From: a virus
Lineage: Duplodnaviria > Caudoviricetes
DNA length: 27,311 nt
Direction: 5' to 3' (one strand)
IMG/VR virus record: IMGVR_UViG_3300049173_000058
Span: 1-27,311 of that record
Each line of letters opens with the position of its first letter. Positions within the stretch are counted from its first letter, which is position 1. Under the pieces are notes generated by a model that saw only the letters and a program-made list of their open reading frames with translations, was not told the origin of the DNA and searched no databases. The translations under genes were made by a program, and so were the position numbers. Positions 8,666-18,021 of this stretch are shown here, one piece after another.

Positions 8666-9084
8666 GCACTCACGCTTTCGCGTTCAAGGGTGCGCTTCGC
8701 GACATGATCAAGGCCCTTCCCGCCCTGTCCGGCTATCAGGTCACCTGGGGCTACCCGTCCCGTAGCCCGGAACGCCGATGGGTGTTCGTGGGTGAGGTTC
8801 TGTGGCCGGATTCCCAGTGGGCGACCAATCGGAGCCGTGAAGAGGTCTTCGAGATCAGCGTCATCGTGAACTGTCAGCTCTCCGGTGCGACCTCGGAAGA
8901 GGTCGAGGGGGAGCTTCAGCGCATGGCCGCCGGTATCGAGGACGGCATGAAGGCCGCCCCCAATCTCGGTATTCAGTCCGTCGTTACGTCGGACTTCGTT
9001 CCAAAGAAGCTGACTAGCTATCCGTCCGATCAGGTCTATGAAGGCCAGTTCGAGGCGGTCGTTCGCGTGAAGGCGAGGCTGTAG
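8662..9084 (+). CDS. Neck protein / tail terminator
   Basis: 140 aa; ATGA-coupled; just upstream of the tail tube gene. Confidence 0.65.
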   Translation: MSTHAFAFKGALRDMIKALPALSGYQVTWGYPSRSPERRWVFVGEVLWPDSQWATNRSREEVFEISVIVNCQLSGATSEEVEGELQRMAAGIEDGMKAAPNLGIQSVVTSDFVPKKLTSYPSDQVYEGQFEAVVRVKARL

Positions 9085-9248
9085 TGAAGACCGTTGCTTA
9101 CAACGGGCCTTATTCGGCGGTAGAGGTTCCCTCGCTGGGTCTTACCGCCGAGAAGGGCGACCCGATCGAGGTCGCCGACGAAGTTGCCCAGGCTCTTATT
9201 CGCCAGGGTTGGCAGGAGATTCAGGCGAAGAAGGAGACGGGTAAGTAA
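9084..9248 (+). CDS. Small 54-aa protein missing from the ORF track (MKTVAYNGPY...KETGK)
   Basis: TAGTG coupling at the start and TAATG coupling at the end; fills the gap exactly. Confidence 0.8.
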   Translation: MKTVAYNGPYSAVEVPSLGLTAEKGDPIEVADEVAQALIRQGWQEIQAKKETGK

Positions 9249-10216
9249 TGGCCACCGTTCACGATTCATACGTCGGCGCGGTTGACGAAGTCACGTACGG
9301 CACTGCCGTTGCCGTGACGAAGTTCTTCGAGTTCACCGACGAAGGCATTGAAGGCAAGTACGAGCGGATCGACTCCGAGGCGATTCGCGCGGGTACCCGC
9401 GTCCTGCGAAGTGACCGTTTCGCGGTCAACCCGAAGGGTGCCGAGGGTGACGTGAAGATGGAAGTCACCTCGGGTGGCTTCGAGTTCTGGCTGAAGCACA
9501 TGATGGGCGCGGTCTCGGCCGGCGCCCCCTCGGGCGGCTTCGTCACTCACACGGCGACCCTGGGCGACCTGAACGGTAAGTCGTTCACGGCTCAGGTTGG
9601 CCGAGTCGACAACACCGGCACGAAGGTCCCCTTCACGTACGAGGGTGGCAAGGTCAAGGAGTGGGAGCTTTCCAACGCCGTTGACGAGCTTCTGAGCCTG
9701 TCCGTGTCGCTCGACTTCGCGAAGGAGACGATCGGTGCGGGCACGGGCGCATACGCCCTGGGGGTTCCGGTCTACCCGGCGAACGCGAAGCTCTTCAGCT
9801 TCGGCGGTGGCACGGTCACTGTCGGCGGTTCGTCCTTCGACATCTCCGACTTCTCCCTGAAGGCGTCCAACGGCCTGAAGGATGACCGGTACTTCATCCG
9901 CAACTCGGGGAAGAAGGCCGAGCCGCTGGAGTCCGAGCTTCGCAAGTACGAGTGGAGCATTAAGGGCGAGTTCAGCGGTACGACGCACATCAACCGCGTT
10001 GCTGCGGCTATCGCGAGTGGCGCGGTCGCGAACATAACGGTTCTTTGGGATGGGCCGGACGGTTCTCAGTTCAAGGTCGAAATGCCGTTCGCGCGCTTCG
10101 ATGAAGGCCCGGTGACCGTGGGCGGTATGGAAGTGGTCGAGCACGACCTTTCCGGTCTCGCGCTTACGGATGGCACCGCTTCGCCGGTAACCATCACGTA
10201 CAAGGCCGTTCAGTAA
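9248..10216 (+). CDS. Major tail (tube) protein
   Basis: 322 aa, E.TYGTAV N-terminus, beta-rich, biased codon usage, SD AAGGAG. Confidence 0.9.
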   Translation: MATVHDSYVGAVDEVTYGTAVAVTKFFEFTDEGIEGKYERIDSEAIRAGTRVLRSDRFAVNPKGAEGDVKMEVTSGGFEFWLKHMMGAVSAGAPSGGFVTHTATLGDLNGKSFTAQVGRVDNTGTKVPFTYEGGKVKEWELSNAVDELLSLSVSLDFAKETIGAGTGAYALGVPVYPANAKLFSFGGGTVTVGGSSFDISDFSLKASNGLKDDRYFIRNSGKKAEPLESELRKYEWSIKGEFSGTTHINRVAAAIASGAVANITVLWDGPDGSQFKVEMPFARFDEGPVTVGGMEVVEHDLSGLALTDGTASPVTITYKAVQ

Positions 10217-10269
10217 CAGGCCCTTCTTTTTTGGGCTAAAACTGTCATTTGGAATTGGGGTGCTGGGCT

Positions 10270-10734
10270 ATGCCTGTTCAGGGTCTCGCCGCGAACGTCG
10301 AGGGCCTAGCCCAGTTCTCCCGCGCTCTCGCGCGGATCGGTGCTGACGGTCTCCGCGATGAAGTGAAACAGGCGAATTTCGATGTCGCCGACAAGCTCAC
10401 GGACGCGGCCAAAGCGAAGGCCGGCGGGCTGTCCCGCCAGCAAAGAGCGGCGGCCGATTCTCTCAGGGCCACAAAGACGCAGAACTATGCGGCCGTTCGC
10501 CTCGGTTCTGCCCGGAAGCCCTATGCCCTGGGTGCCGAGTTCGGCGCTAAGAAGCGCACTCGGCGCGGTGTTGTCGCCCGAGGCTTCCGCCCCTGGCGCG
10601 GAAACGCGTTTTCCGGCTGGTCTGGCGGTCCTGGCTACTTCCTTCACCCGGCGATCCGGGAGAAGGGTCCTGAGCTTATCGAAGAGTACATGCGTCGTAT
10701 TGACGAAATCACACAGGAGGCATTTCCAGAATGA
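10270..10734 (+). CDS. HK97 gp10-like tail completion protein
   Basis: VEGL.QF.RAL, PYA...EFG, YFL.PA motifs. Confidence 0.75.
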   Translation: MPVQGLAANVEGLAQFSRALARIGADGLRDEVKQANFDVADKLTDAAKAKAGGLSRQQRAAADSLRATKTQNYAAVRLGSARKPYALGAEFGAKKRTRRGVVARGFRPWRGNAFSGWSGGPGYFLHPAIREKGPELIEEYMRRIDEITQEAFPE

Positions 10735-11069
10735 GCACGAACCCCGAGACTGTCGCCCTTCGTATCGACCCCGACGTTCTCACCATCGGTGATCTCGAAG
10801 ACTTCGAGGACGTTGTGGGCGCCCCGCTGTATGAGGTTCTTTCTCCTCGGCCGGTTATCGGTTCCGACGGTAAGAAGGTGCTGGACGAGAAGGGCCGCCC
10901 CGAGCTTCAGACTCAGATCAGCACCAAGGCCCTTAAGGCTCTCATCTGGATTACTCAGCGCATCGAGAAGCCGGACTTCTCGCTTGAGGATGCCCGCCGC
11001 ATCCGGGTTTCTGCGCTTGAGCTGGTCGGCGTGGACGGCCCGGGAAACGCCCCCGAGCAGAACGCCTAA
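10731..11069 (+). CDS. Tail assembly chaperone (G)
   Basis: Upstream of the tape measure gene; slippery G GGA AAC near the 3' end. Confidence 0.85.
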   Translation: MSTNPETVALRIDPDVLTIGDLEDFEDVVGAPLYEVLSPRPVIGSDGKKVLDEKGRPELQTQISTKALKALIWITQRIEKPDFSLEDARRIRVSALELVGVDGPGNAPEQNA

Positions 11070-11197
11070 AGGAACGGGCGGCGTTCTGCCACTTTTACCG
11101 CATGGCTCCCGGCGACATTCGCCGCATGAGTGCGGCGGAGTATCGCGCCTTCTGTGACTACATGAACGAGTACAACGCCAGTCGGGAGTCTTTCTAA
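10731..11197 (+). CDS. Tail assembly chaperone G-T fusion via -1 frameshift at GGGAAAC (11042-11048)
   Basis: The -1 frame is open from the slippery site (KRPRAERLKERAAFCHFYRM...RESF) to TAA 11195-11197, which overlaps the tape measure ATG. Confidence 0.85.
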
Positions 11198-14100
11198 TGT
11201 CCGATCAGAGGACGCTTCGCGTTGTCATCGTCGGTAATGCTTCGCAGGCAGAGGCGGCGCTTCGAAACCTGGGCGATGAAGCCGACGATTTGGAGCGTCA
11301 GACGGGACGGTTCTCCGGTGCTCTTACGGGCATGGGGGGCCGTCTCGCCGCGTTCGGTGCTACTGCGGCGGCCGGCCTCGGAATGGCCGCTGGTGCTATC
11401 GGTGTCGCGGCCTTTCAGGCCGCGGCCGATGCGGAATCAATGCAGGTGGCCTTCGAGACCCTTACGGGTAGCGCTCAGGCCGCTAAGAAGCACATGCAAG
11501 ACCTGGCCTCTTTCGCGGCGGCGACGCCGTTCGAGCTTAAGGGCCTTCAGCAGGCGAGCGTTAAGCTTCAGGGCGTCGGTGTCTCGGCGAAGGATGTAAT
11601 CCCGCACCTGACCGCGTGGGGCAATGCGGCTTCGGCCATGGGTGTTCGAGGGGCTTCCTTCGACAACGTTCTGACGGCCCTTTCCCAGGCCATCGGTAAT
11701 GGCCGCTTCTCCCTCGAAGACTTTAACCAGATGGCCGACAACGGCCTATCGGTTTGGAAGTCTCTCGAAGAGGCGACCGGCAAGAGTTCCGCCGAGCTTC
11801 GCGAAATGGCTTCGGCTGGAAAGCTTGCGACTAAGGACGTCCTGCCCCTCCTCGAAGGAGTCTTCAACTCCAAGTGGGGCGACGCGATGGATAAGCAATC
11901 GCAGACCGCTAACGGTCAGCTTGCGGCCCTGAGCGACGCGTGGGACCACCTTCTCATCAAGATAGGCACCCCCCTTCTTCCGATCGGAAAGAAGGCCATT
12001 GCCGGGCTTAGCGGGCTCATATCCGAACTCGGCCACCACACGGCACCCCTGGGCGACACCTTCAAGAGTGTCGGTCGCGGGATCAAGGAAGCCTTCGTGG
12101 CGGCCGGCTCGATCCTGGCCCCGTTCAAGGCCGAGGCCGTCAAGGTGGGCCCGGACGTACAGCGCGGGTTCTCTGCCGTTCAGCAGACCCTCGGACAGCT
12201 CGGTTCGGTCATTCGGGGTTCGGTGCTTCCCCTCTTCCGAAGCGTTGCGGCGGCTGTCGCGCCCGTCCTCGGGACGATAGCGCGCGTCGTGTACGGGACT
12301 GTCCTCCCGGCCCTTATGGGGCTGGTGCAGACCGTTCTTCCGCACTTCCGGAATTTCGTCACCTTCCTGCAAACGCAGATCGTTCCCGTCCTTCAGGGAA
12401 TGTTCGCGAAGGCTCAGCCGGTCCTAGTGAAGTTCGGTCAAGTCTTTTCGACCGTCATGCAAGCGATAGGTGTCGCGGTCAATATTTTGGCCCCGATCCT
12501 GGCGTTTCTCTGGAAATTCCTAGGCCCCATCGTGATCTCTACGATTCAGGGACTCTGGTCCGGAATCGTCAATGTCATATCGGGTGCGCTGAGCATCATT
12601 CAGGGCGTCGCGAACATTTTCATCGGCATCTTCACTGGCAACTGGTCGAAGGCTTGGAATGGCGTCAAGCAGATCTTTTCCGGTATCTGGGACGTCATCT
12701 GTGGCGCGTTTCAGATCTTCATTTTCGGCCGTATCTGGGGAATCCTTCGAGGCGGCCTAGCGAAGATCGGTTCCCTTTGGTCCTCGGGCTGGAATGGGAT
12801 CAGGAATTTCTTCATGTCGATCGTGAACTTCATCAAGGGTGGGGTTTCCGGTTGGGTGAACGGAATTCGCTCGATCATCTCGGGCGGGATCAACTTCATC
12901 AAGAACGTTTGGAACCTCGGTTGGAACGGGATCAAGCAAACGATCTCCGTGAATGCCCGAGGAATCCTTTCGATCGTTCGGGACCTGCCTTCGAAGATAA
13001 CCGGGTTCTTCCGAGCGCTTCCCGGCAATCTTCTTCAAATCGGCAAGGACATCATTAACGGTCTTGTTCGCGGTATCCGGAACTCCCTCGGTGCCGTGAT
13101 GGGTGCGGCTCAGGCCATCATCGACAAGATCCCCGGCCCGATTAAGAAGGCCCTCGGCATCAACTCGCCTTCGCGAGTCATGGCCGAGATCGGTAAGTGG
13201 ATCACTGAAGGTCTGGCGAAGGGAATGCTCTCCGGATCTAAGAAGGTTGCGGAGACTTCGAAGAAGCTGCATGAGCTGATCACGAAGGCTTACAAGAACA
13301 AGGACATTTCCAAGAACAAGTCGAAGGCTCTTCACGCCTACATCTCGGCGCAGAACCGAAAGCTTGTGGCTCTTGCTAAGGCTCGGGAAGAGATTCAGAA
13401 GCGGCTCGCCACGGCGAACGCGAAGCTTGCTGACCTGAAGAAGGCCAAGTCTGAAATGGCCTCTTCGATCACTTCGAAGGCCAGGGACTTCGGTTCCTTC
13501 ATGGGGGCTCTCGACACTTCGCAGTACGGGGATAACTCGGCGAACGCGATTCTCGCGCGCTTGAAGGGCAAGCTTCAGGGGATCATCGGTTTCCGGAAGA
13601 ACCTTCAGGCGTTGGCGAAGCGTGGCCTCGGCGCGGGCATCATCAATGAGATTGCCCAGGCCGGCCCCGAAGAGGGCGGGCAGATGGCCCAGGCTCTTCT
13701 TAACGCTGGTGGCGGTCAGATCAAGGAACTGAACTCCACTTATAGCGCCATTGGCAAGGAGTCGAGCAACCTCGGGAACTTCGTAGCGGGCAACTACTAC
13801 GACGCGGGTATCCGCATGACCGAGGGCCTTATCAAGGGTCTGAAGCTCCGCGAGAGCGTACTGACCCGCGCTATTCAGGTCATGGCGGCCAAGATGGTGG
13901 CGACCCTGAAGAAGTCTCTGGGGATCAAGTCTCCCAGCCGCGTCTTCATGGGCCTCGGCGGCTTCACTGCGGCCGGTTTCGCGAAGGGCATCACGAAGGG
14001 CCAGGGCGGCGTTCAGGCGGCCGTAGACGAGTTGGCGGGAACGCGTCCCTCGGGGCGGCTTGCTAACAGGTCTATAGCCCGTGCAATGGCGCTTCAGTCT

Positions 14101-14247
14101 GCGGGTGGCCAGTCGGCCCCGAACGTCTTCGTGACCGTTCAGGGCAACGTCACTTCCGAGAAGGCCCTAGCTAAGTCGATTGCCACCACTGTACGAGACG
14201 AAATCGTTCGCAACGGAAAGCGTAACGGAGGAAGGACGGGACTCTAG
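11197..14247 (+). CDS. Tape measure protein
   Basis: 1016 aa, Ala/Gly-rich helical; FAAATPFEL, periodic W/F repeats, two LGIxSPSRV motifs. Confidence 0.96.
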   Translation: MSDQRTLRVVIVGNASQAEAALRNLGDEADDLERQTGRFSGALTGMGGRLAAFGATAAAGLGMAAGAIGVAAFQAAADAESMQVAFETLTGSAQAAKKHMQDLASFAAATPFELKGLQQASVKLQGVGVSAKDVIPHLTAWGNAASAMGVRGASFDNVLTALSQAIGNGRFSLEDFNQMADNGLSVWKSLEEATGKSSAELREMASAGKLATKDVLPLLEGVFNSKWGDAMDKQSQTANGQLAALSDAWDHLLIKIGTPLLPIGKKAIAGLSGLISELGHHTAPLGDTFKSVGRGIKEAFVAAGSILAPFKAEAVKVGPDVQRGFSAVQQTLGQLGSVIRGSVLPLFRSVAAAVAPVLGTIARVVYGTVLPALMGLVQTVLPHFRNFVTFLQTQIVPVLQGMFAKAQPVLVKFGQVFSTVMQAIGVAVNILAPILAFLWKFLGPIVISTIQGLWSGIVNVISGALSIIQGVANIFIGIFTGNWSKAWNGVKQIFSGIWDVICGAFQIFIFGRIWGILRGGLAKIGSLWSSGWNGIRNFFMSIVNFIKGGVSGWVNGIRSIISGGINFIKNVWNLGWNGIKQTISVNARGILSIVRDLPSKITGFFRALPGNLLQIGKDIINGLVRGIRNSLGAVMGAAQAIIDKIPGPIKKALGINSPSRVMAEIGKWITEGLAKGMLSGSKKVAETSKKLHELITKAYKNKDISKNKSKALHAYISAQNRKLVALAKAREEIQKRLATANAKLADLKKAKSEMASSITSKARDFGSFMGALDTSQYGDNSANAILARLKGKLQGIIGFRKNLQALAKRGLGAGIINEIAQAGPEEGGQMAQALLNAGGGQIKELNSTYSAIGKESSNLGNFVAGNYYDAGIRMTEGLIKGLKLRESVLTRAIQVMAAKMVATLKKSLGIKSPSRVFMGLGGFTAAGFAKGITKGQGGVQAAVDELAGTRPSGRLANRSIARAMALQSAGGQSAPNVFVTVQGNVTSEKALAKSIATTVRDEIVRNGKRNGGRTGL

Positions 14248-14249
14248 TC

Positions 14250-17054
14250 ATGGCGACGATTCCCAAGGTCACTGTCGAGGTTGCCTTTGACGGTGGCCCC
14301 TTCTCCAACTCCTATACGTGGACTGACATCAGTGATTACGTGAGGGGGTTTCAGGTTCGGCGTGGTCGGAACAATGAGCTTGACCGCATCGAGGCTGGAA
14401 CCCTCTCCCTCGAACTCGACAACAGCGACGGGCGGTTCACGCCCGGCAAACAGAAGTATGCGGGGAACATCCTCTCGGGCTTCATGGGGCAATACTCCTG
14501 GGACCTGAGTGGGCGCGCGAACAACACACTCATGTCGTCCATCAACATCGGCGAAGTGACCGACGACCAGAAGCCGCGGGTGATGAGCCGGACGGTTTGG
14601 ACCAACGGCGCCCCGGTGTCGTGCTACTTCGCGGTTCAGTGGGTCGACTCGTCGGGGACGACGCTCCGCTTCAACATCGGTACCCGGTTCGTCGCCGACG
14701 GCTCCCCGGCCGTTTACACGCACGAAGAGACCCCGCCGGCCGGTGTCTTTCAGGCGTATCTCTACATCTACGCGGACACCTACCCCGAGGGGAACGCGGG
14801 CCTGATCGCGTACGGCGAGAAGGCCGAGTGGTACAAGACTCAGCCGTACTACCCGAACGTTCTGCCTCGGCGACGCGTGCGCGTCCGCACGCCGAACCTG
14901 ACCCCGAAGGACGTCAGTACGGGCGGCGACGTGAGCCGTACGTCTGCCATGTTCTCGACCTCCCACAGCGCGGGGACGAGCAACGTATGGCAGAGCGAAT
15001 ACAAGGCTTCGGGCGCTGGTGCCATCCGCGTGACCATGGGCAACAACGGGACGCAGGACTACGCGTCCTCGATCCGGTGCGGGTTCACGTCGGGCGGTAA
15101 GCCGGTCGGCCTGGCCCGAGTCGTGCCCGGACAGACCTACTCGGTTCGCGCGAAGGTCCGGCGCTACGGCACCGGCTTCCCGACCCTGATCATGCTCATC
15201 CGCTGGTACGACGCGAACGGGGCTCTCGTCACCACAAGTGCGGACGGCGCTCCGGTGACCACGACGACCAGCTTTCAGTACATCACCCGTATCGGATCGA
15301 TCGCCCCCGCAGGGGCGGTGTGGGCCGGCATATCGATCGGCTCTCGGGGCGGCGACTCGAACATGGGCTTCGTCGTGGATGAGATCCAGTTCGAGCAAGG
15401 TACGACGTTCTCGGAGTGGAACCCTGGGGGCTCGATCTTCCACGGGTACATCGAGAAGTGGCCCGTGACGAGTGAGGGACTGACGGCCTCGGTCGACGTG
15501 ACGGCGGTCGACGGCTTCTCGGTCCTGGCGAACACGGACCTTCGCACGGCCATGCAGGATCACATCCTGTCGACGGCTCCCATGGGGTACTGGACGCTGG
15601 GCGACCCCGAGGGGGCGACTCGCCTTGAGAACCTGGTGAACGACCAGGCTCCCGCGCGGCTGGTCGCTTCGAAGCACGGGGCGGGCACGGCCCAGCTCGG
15701 GGCCGACTCGATCGTCCGGAAGGACGCGACGACCAGCTACAGCCTGACCAACGTTGCGGCCAACATCGGCACCGTGGTCGACATCTGCGAGGGTGGCACG
15801 CGGAACTACCCCCTCGATGTTCAGTTCACGGTCGCCTTCTGGGTTCACCCGGTGTGGCCGTCCTCGGGGACGACTTCCACTCTGTTCCGGTCGTGGGCCG
15901 ATACCGGCGGCGACCACATGCAGGTTCAGTTGAACTCTTCCGGGAAGCTCATAGCCACCATGCGCTATGGCGAGGGAATCTCTACGGCCACTTCGGTGAA
16001 TTCCGTATCGTCCTCGAAGCCTACGTTCGTCGTTGTCTCGGCGAACGAAGGCATTACGAAGGTGTGGCTGAACGGGGTTCTCGAAGATACGAGCGACATG
16101 GGTTCGGTTATGAATCCTGATGTCCGGGACATGCGTTGGTCCTCCCTGGGTGGAGCGCAGGCCGGCAGCATCTATTCCGAGTACGCGAATGGCCGTTATG
16201 GCCATCTGGCCGTGTGGGACCGAGTCCTTACCACCACGGAGATTTCCGAGATTTGGAAGCTCGGCGACTACAACGGGGCTGACTTCTCCGAGGACGAGAA
16301 CAAGCGTCTTAACCGCATTGCCACCATGGCGAACTTCAACGGAGAGACTGCCTACGATGCGGCGAAGAGCACGCTTCAGGGGCCTGTTTGGGCTACGGGA
16401 GCGAAGGCCCTGGACGAGCTTCAGGCGGCGGCGGAAGACGCTGAAGGCTACGTCTTCATGGATGGGGACGGACGGCTCACGTACCACAACCGGGACCGTC
16501 GCCAGGGGGCCGCAGTGCGGTTCGTTATGAGCGACGCTCTCGGGTTGCCGTATGAGCCTGGCCTGAAGTTCGAAATGGACGATGACCGCGTTATCAATGA
16601 GGTCACGTACAAGCGGACCGGTGGTGTCGAGGGCGTTCTTAAGGATCAGGCTTCCATCAACGCCTATGGGCGTAAGTCGAAGAGCATCGAGCGTCGCGTG
16701 ACTCTCGATAGGTCCGTTCAGGATGCGGCTTATAGCCTGCTCAATCACTACTCGAAGCCGATCGTTCGCTGTGATTCGGTGACGTTGAACTGCTCGGCTA
16801 CTCCGAACCTCTTCAGTGTCGCTTTGGCCGCCGAGATCGGCGACCGAATCACTCTCGATGATCTGCCTTCTCAGGCCCCGGAATCCAACCTTGACTATTA
16901 CGTCGAGGCCATCGAAACCGACGTGTCGGTGGAAGGCGGAACGCTGGAATGGGTCACGACCCTTTCCCTGTCTCCCGCCGAGAATTCCGACGTGTGGGTG
17001 ATTGAAGATCCGACGCTAGGCAGGCTCGACAGGACCACGGTCCTGGCCTACTAG
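14250..17054 (+). CDS. Tail tip/hub protein with inserted carbohydrate-binding-like and LamG/ConA-like domains
   Basis: WTDISDYV..RRGR..E..AGT.SL.LDNSDGRFTP N-terminus; VDEIQFEQG CBM-like end; GYWTLGD...LAVWDRVLT..EI LamG-like; SINAYGRK hub motif. Confidence 0.85.
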   Translation: MATIPKVTVEVAFDGGPFSNSYTWTDISDYVRGFQVRRGRNNELDRIEAGTLSLELDNSDGRFTPGKQKYAGNILSGFMGQYSWDLSGRANNTLMSSINIGEVTDDQKPRVMSRTVWTNGAPVSCYFAVQWVDSSGTTLRFNIGTRFVADGSPAVYTHEETPPAGVFQAYLYIYADTYPEGNAGLIAYGEKAEWYKTQPYYPNVLPRRRVRVRTPNLTPKDVSTGGDVSRTSAMFSTSHSAGTSNVWQSEYKASGAGAIRVTMGNNGTQDYASSIRCGFTSGGKPVGLARVVPGQTYSVRAKVRRYGTGFPTLIMLIRWYDANGALVTTSADGAPVTTTTSFQYITRIGSIAPAGAVWAGISIGSRGGDSNMGFVVDEIQFEQGTTFSEWNPGGSIFHGYIEKWPVTSEGLTASVDVTAVDGFSVLANTDLRTAMQDHILSTAPMGYWTLGDPEGATRLENLVNDQAPARLVASKHGAGTAQLGADSIVRKDATTSYSLTNVAANIGTVVDICEGGTRNYPLDVQFTVAFWVHPVWPSSGTTSTLFRSWADTGGDHMQVQLNSSGKLIATMRYGEGISTATSVNSVSSSKPTFVVVSANEGITKVWLNGVLEDTSDMGSVMNPDVRDMRWSSLGGAQAGSIYSEYANGRYGHLAVWDRVLTTTEISEIWKLGDYNGADFSEDENKRLNRIATMANFNGETAYDAAKSTLQGPVWATGAKALDELQAAAEDAEGYVFMDGDGRLTYHNRDRRQGAAVRFVMSDALGLPYEPGLKFEMDDDRVINEVTYKRTGGVEGVLKDQASINAYGRKSKSIERRVTLDRSVQDAAYSLLNHYSKPIVRCDSVTLNCSATPNLFSVALAAEIGDRITLDDLPSQAPESNLDYYVEAIETDVSVEGGTLEWVTTLSLSPAENSDVWVIEDPTLGRLDRTTVLAY

Positions 17055-17074
17055 CAGCCCGTTTACACGCTCTC

Positions 17075-17102
17075 AGGGGCGGCCCTCCGGGGCCGCCCCT
17101 TT
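17075..17102 (+). terminator. Intrinsic terminator-like hairpin
   Basis: AGGGGCGGCCC-TCCG-GGGCCGCCCCT followed by a short T run. Confidence 0.65.
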
Positions 17103-17135
17103 GGTGTGCCCCGTGAACCTTGGAGTTTGGCCGGC

Positions 17136-17681
17136 ATGGCTACCGTTCCCGCTACTCAGTCTTTCCTCGCAGGGGAGAAGGTCACGGCCGCGAAGCTTAC
17201 GGCCGCGACGAAGACCCCTCTCGACTTCCTTCTGAACCCGCCCAGGGTCAACGCCTTCGCCACGGCTGGAACCGTGTGCCCTACGGGCATTTCGACGCTC
17301 ATCACCTTTGATGGCGAAGCGTGGGATACGGACGGAATGCACTCGACCACGAACCCGAGTCGCATCACGATCAATACGCCTGGTCAGTACCTCGTCAGCA
17401 TCTATGCGCGCTTTCCCATTAATGCCACCGGTTACCGGTCGTTGAACCTGCGGCTGAACTCGGGCGGTAACTCCGGTGCTGGTTCAACACTGAGCACGAT
17501 TTCCGTTGCCCCCACTCCTGGTAGCGCTACCACCATGGTCACTCGAACCCTGGAACTGACGTGCAATGCAGGCGATCATTACGAGCTTTTCGCGTCGCAG
17601 AGCAGCGGCGCAAACATGACGCTCGATGTCGGCCAGCGAGTGACGGCGATGGAATTCCGGTGGCTCGGTCTCACCACCTAA
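17136..17681 (+). CDS. Minor tail / receptor-binding protein (C1q/TNF-like beta sandwich)
   Basis: AGEKVTAAKL N-terminus; ITFD.E.WDTDGMH...SRITI.TPG.YLV motif; SD GGAG. Confidence 0.75.
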   Translation: MATVPATQSFLAGEKVTAAKLTAATKTPLDFLLNPPRVNAFATAGTVCPTGISTLITFDGEAWDTDGMHSTTNPSRITINTPGQYLVSIYARFPINATGYRSLNLRLNSGGNSGAGSTLSTISVAPTPGSATTMVTRTLELTCNAGDHYELFASQSSGANMTLDVGQRVTAMEFRWLGLTT

Positions 17682-17697
17682 TCGAAAGAACACCCCC

Positions 17698-18021
17698 ATG
17701 GATCTTCTCGGCTTTGCCGGATGGGTATTTGGTGCCCTGGCAACCCTGGGCGCCGTGGGCGCCGCATACGTTCGCTTCCGGTCCGACACAGATAACGCCA
17801 CGGCGGAGATTTGGAAGGGCGAGGCGGAAGCGCAGAAGGCCCGAGCGGATCGGCTCGAAGAGCAACTGAAAGAACTCACGGGCCGTGTCTCTCGGCTCGA
17901 AGCCGAGAACCGTCACCTTTCCGAGCTGGTCACCGGACAGGCCGCTATTGCTGAGCTGAAGTCGCTTGTCGTGACTCAGCACCAGGACCTTATTTCCCTA
18001 CTTCGTTCGGAGGCTCCGTAA
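17698..18021 (+). CDS. Lysis-cassette membrane protein (one TM helix plus coiled coil)
   Basis: N-terminal TM helix, heptad coiled coil, TAATG coupling to the endolysin. Confidence 0.75.
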   Translation: MDLLGFAGWVFGALATLGAVGAAYVRFRSDTDNATAEIWKGEAEAQKARADRLEEQLKELTGRVSRLEAENRHLSELVTGQAAIAELKSLVVTQHQDLISLLRSEAP

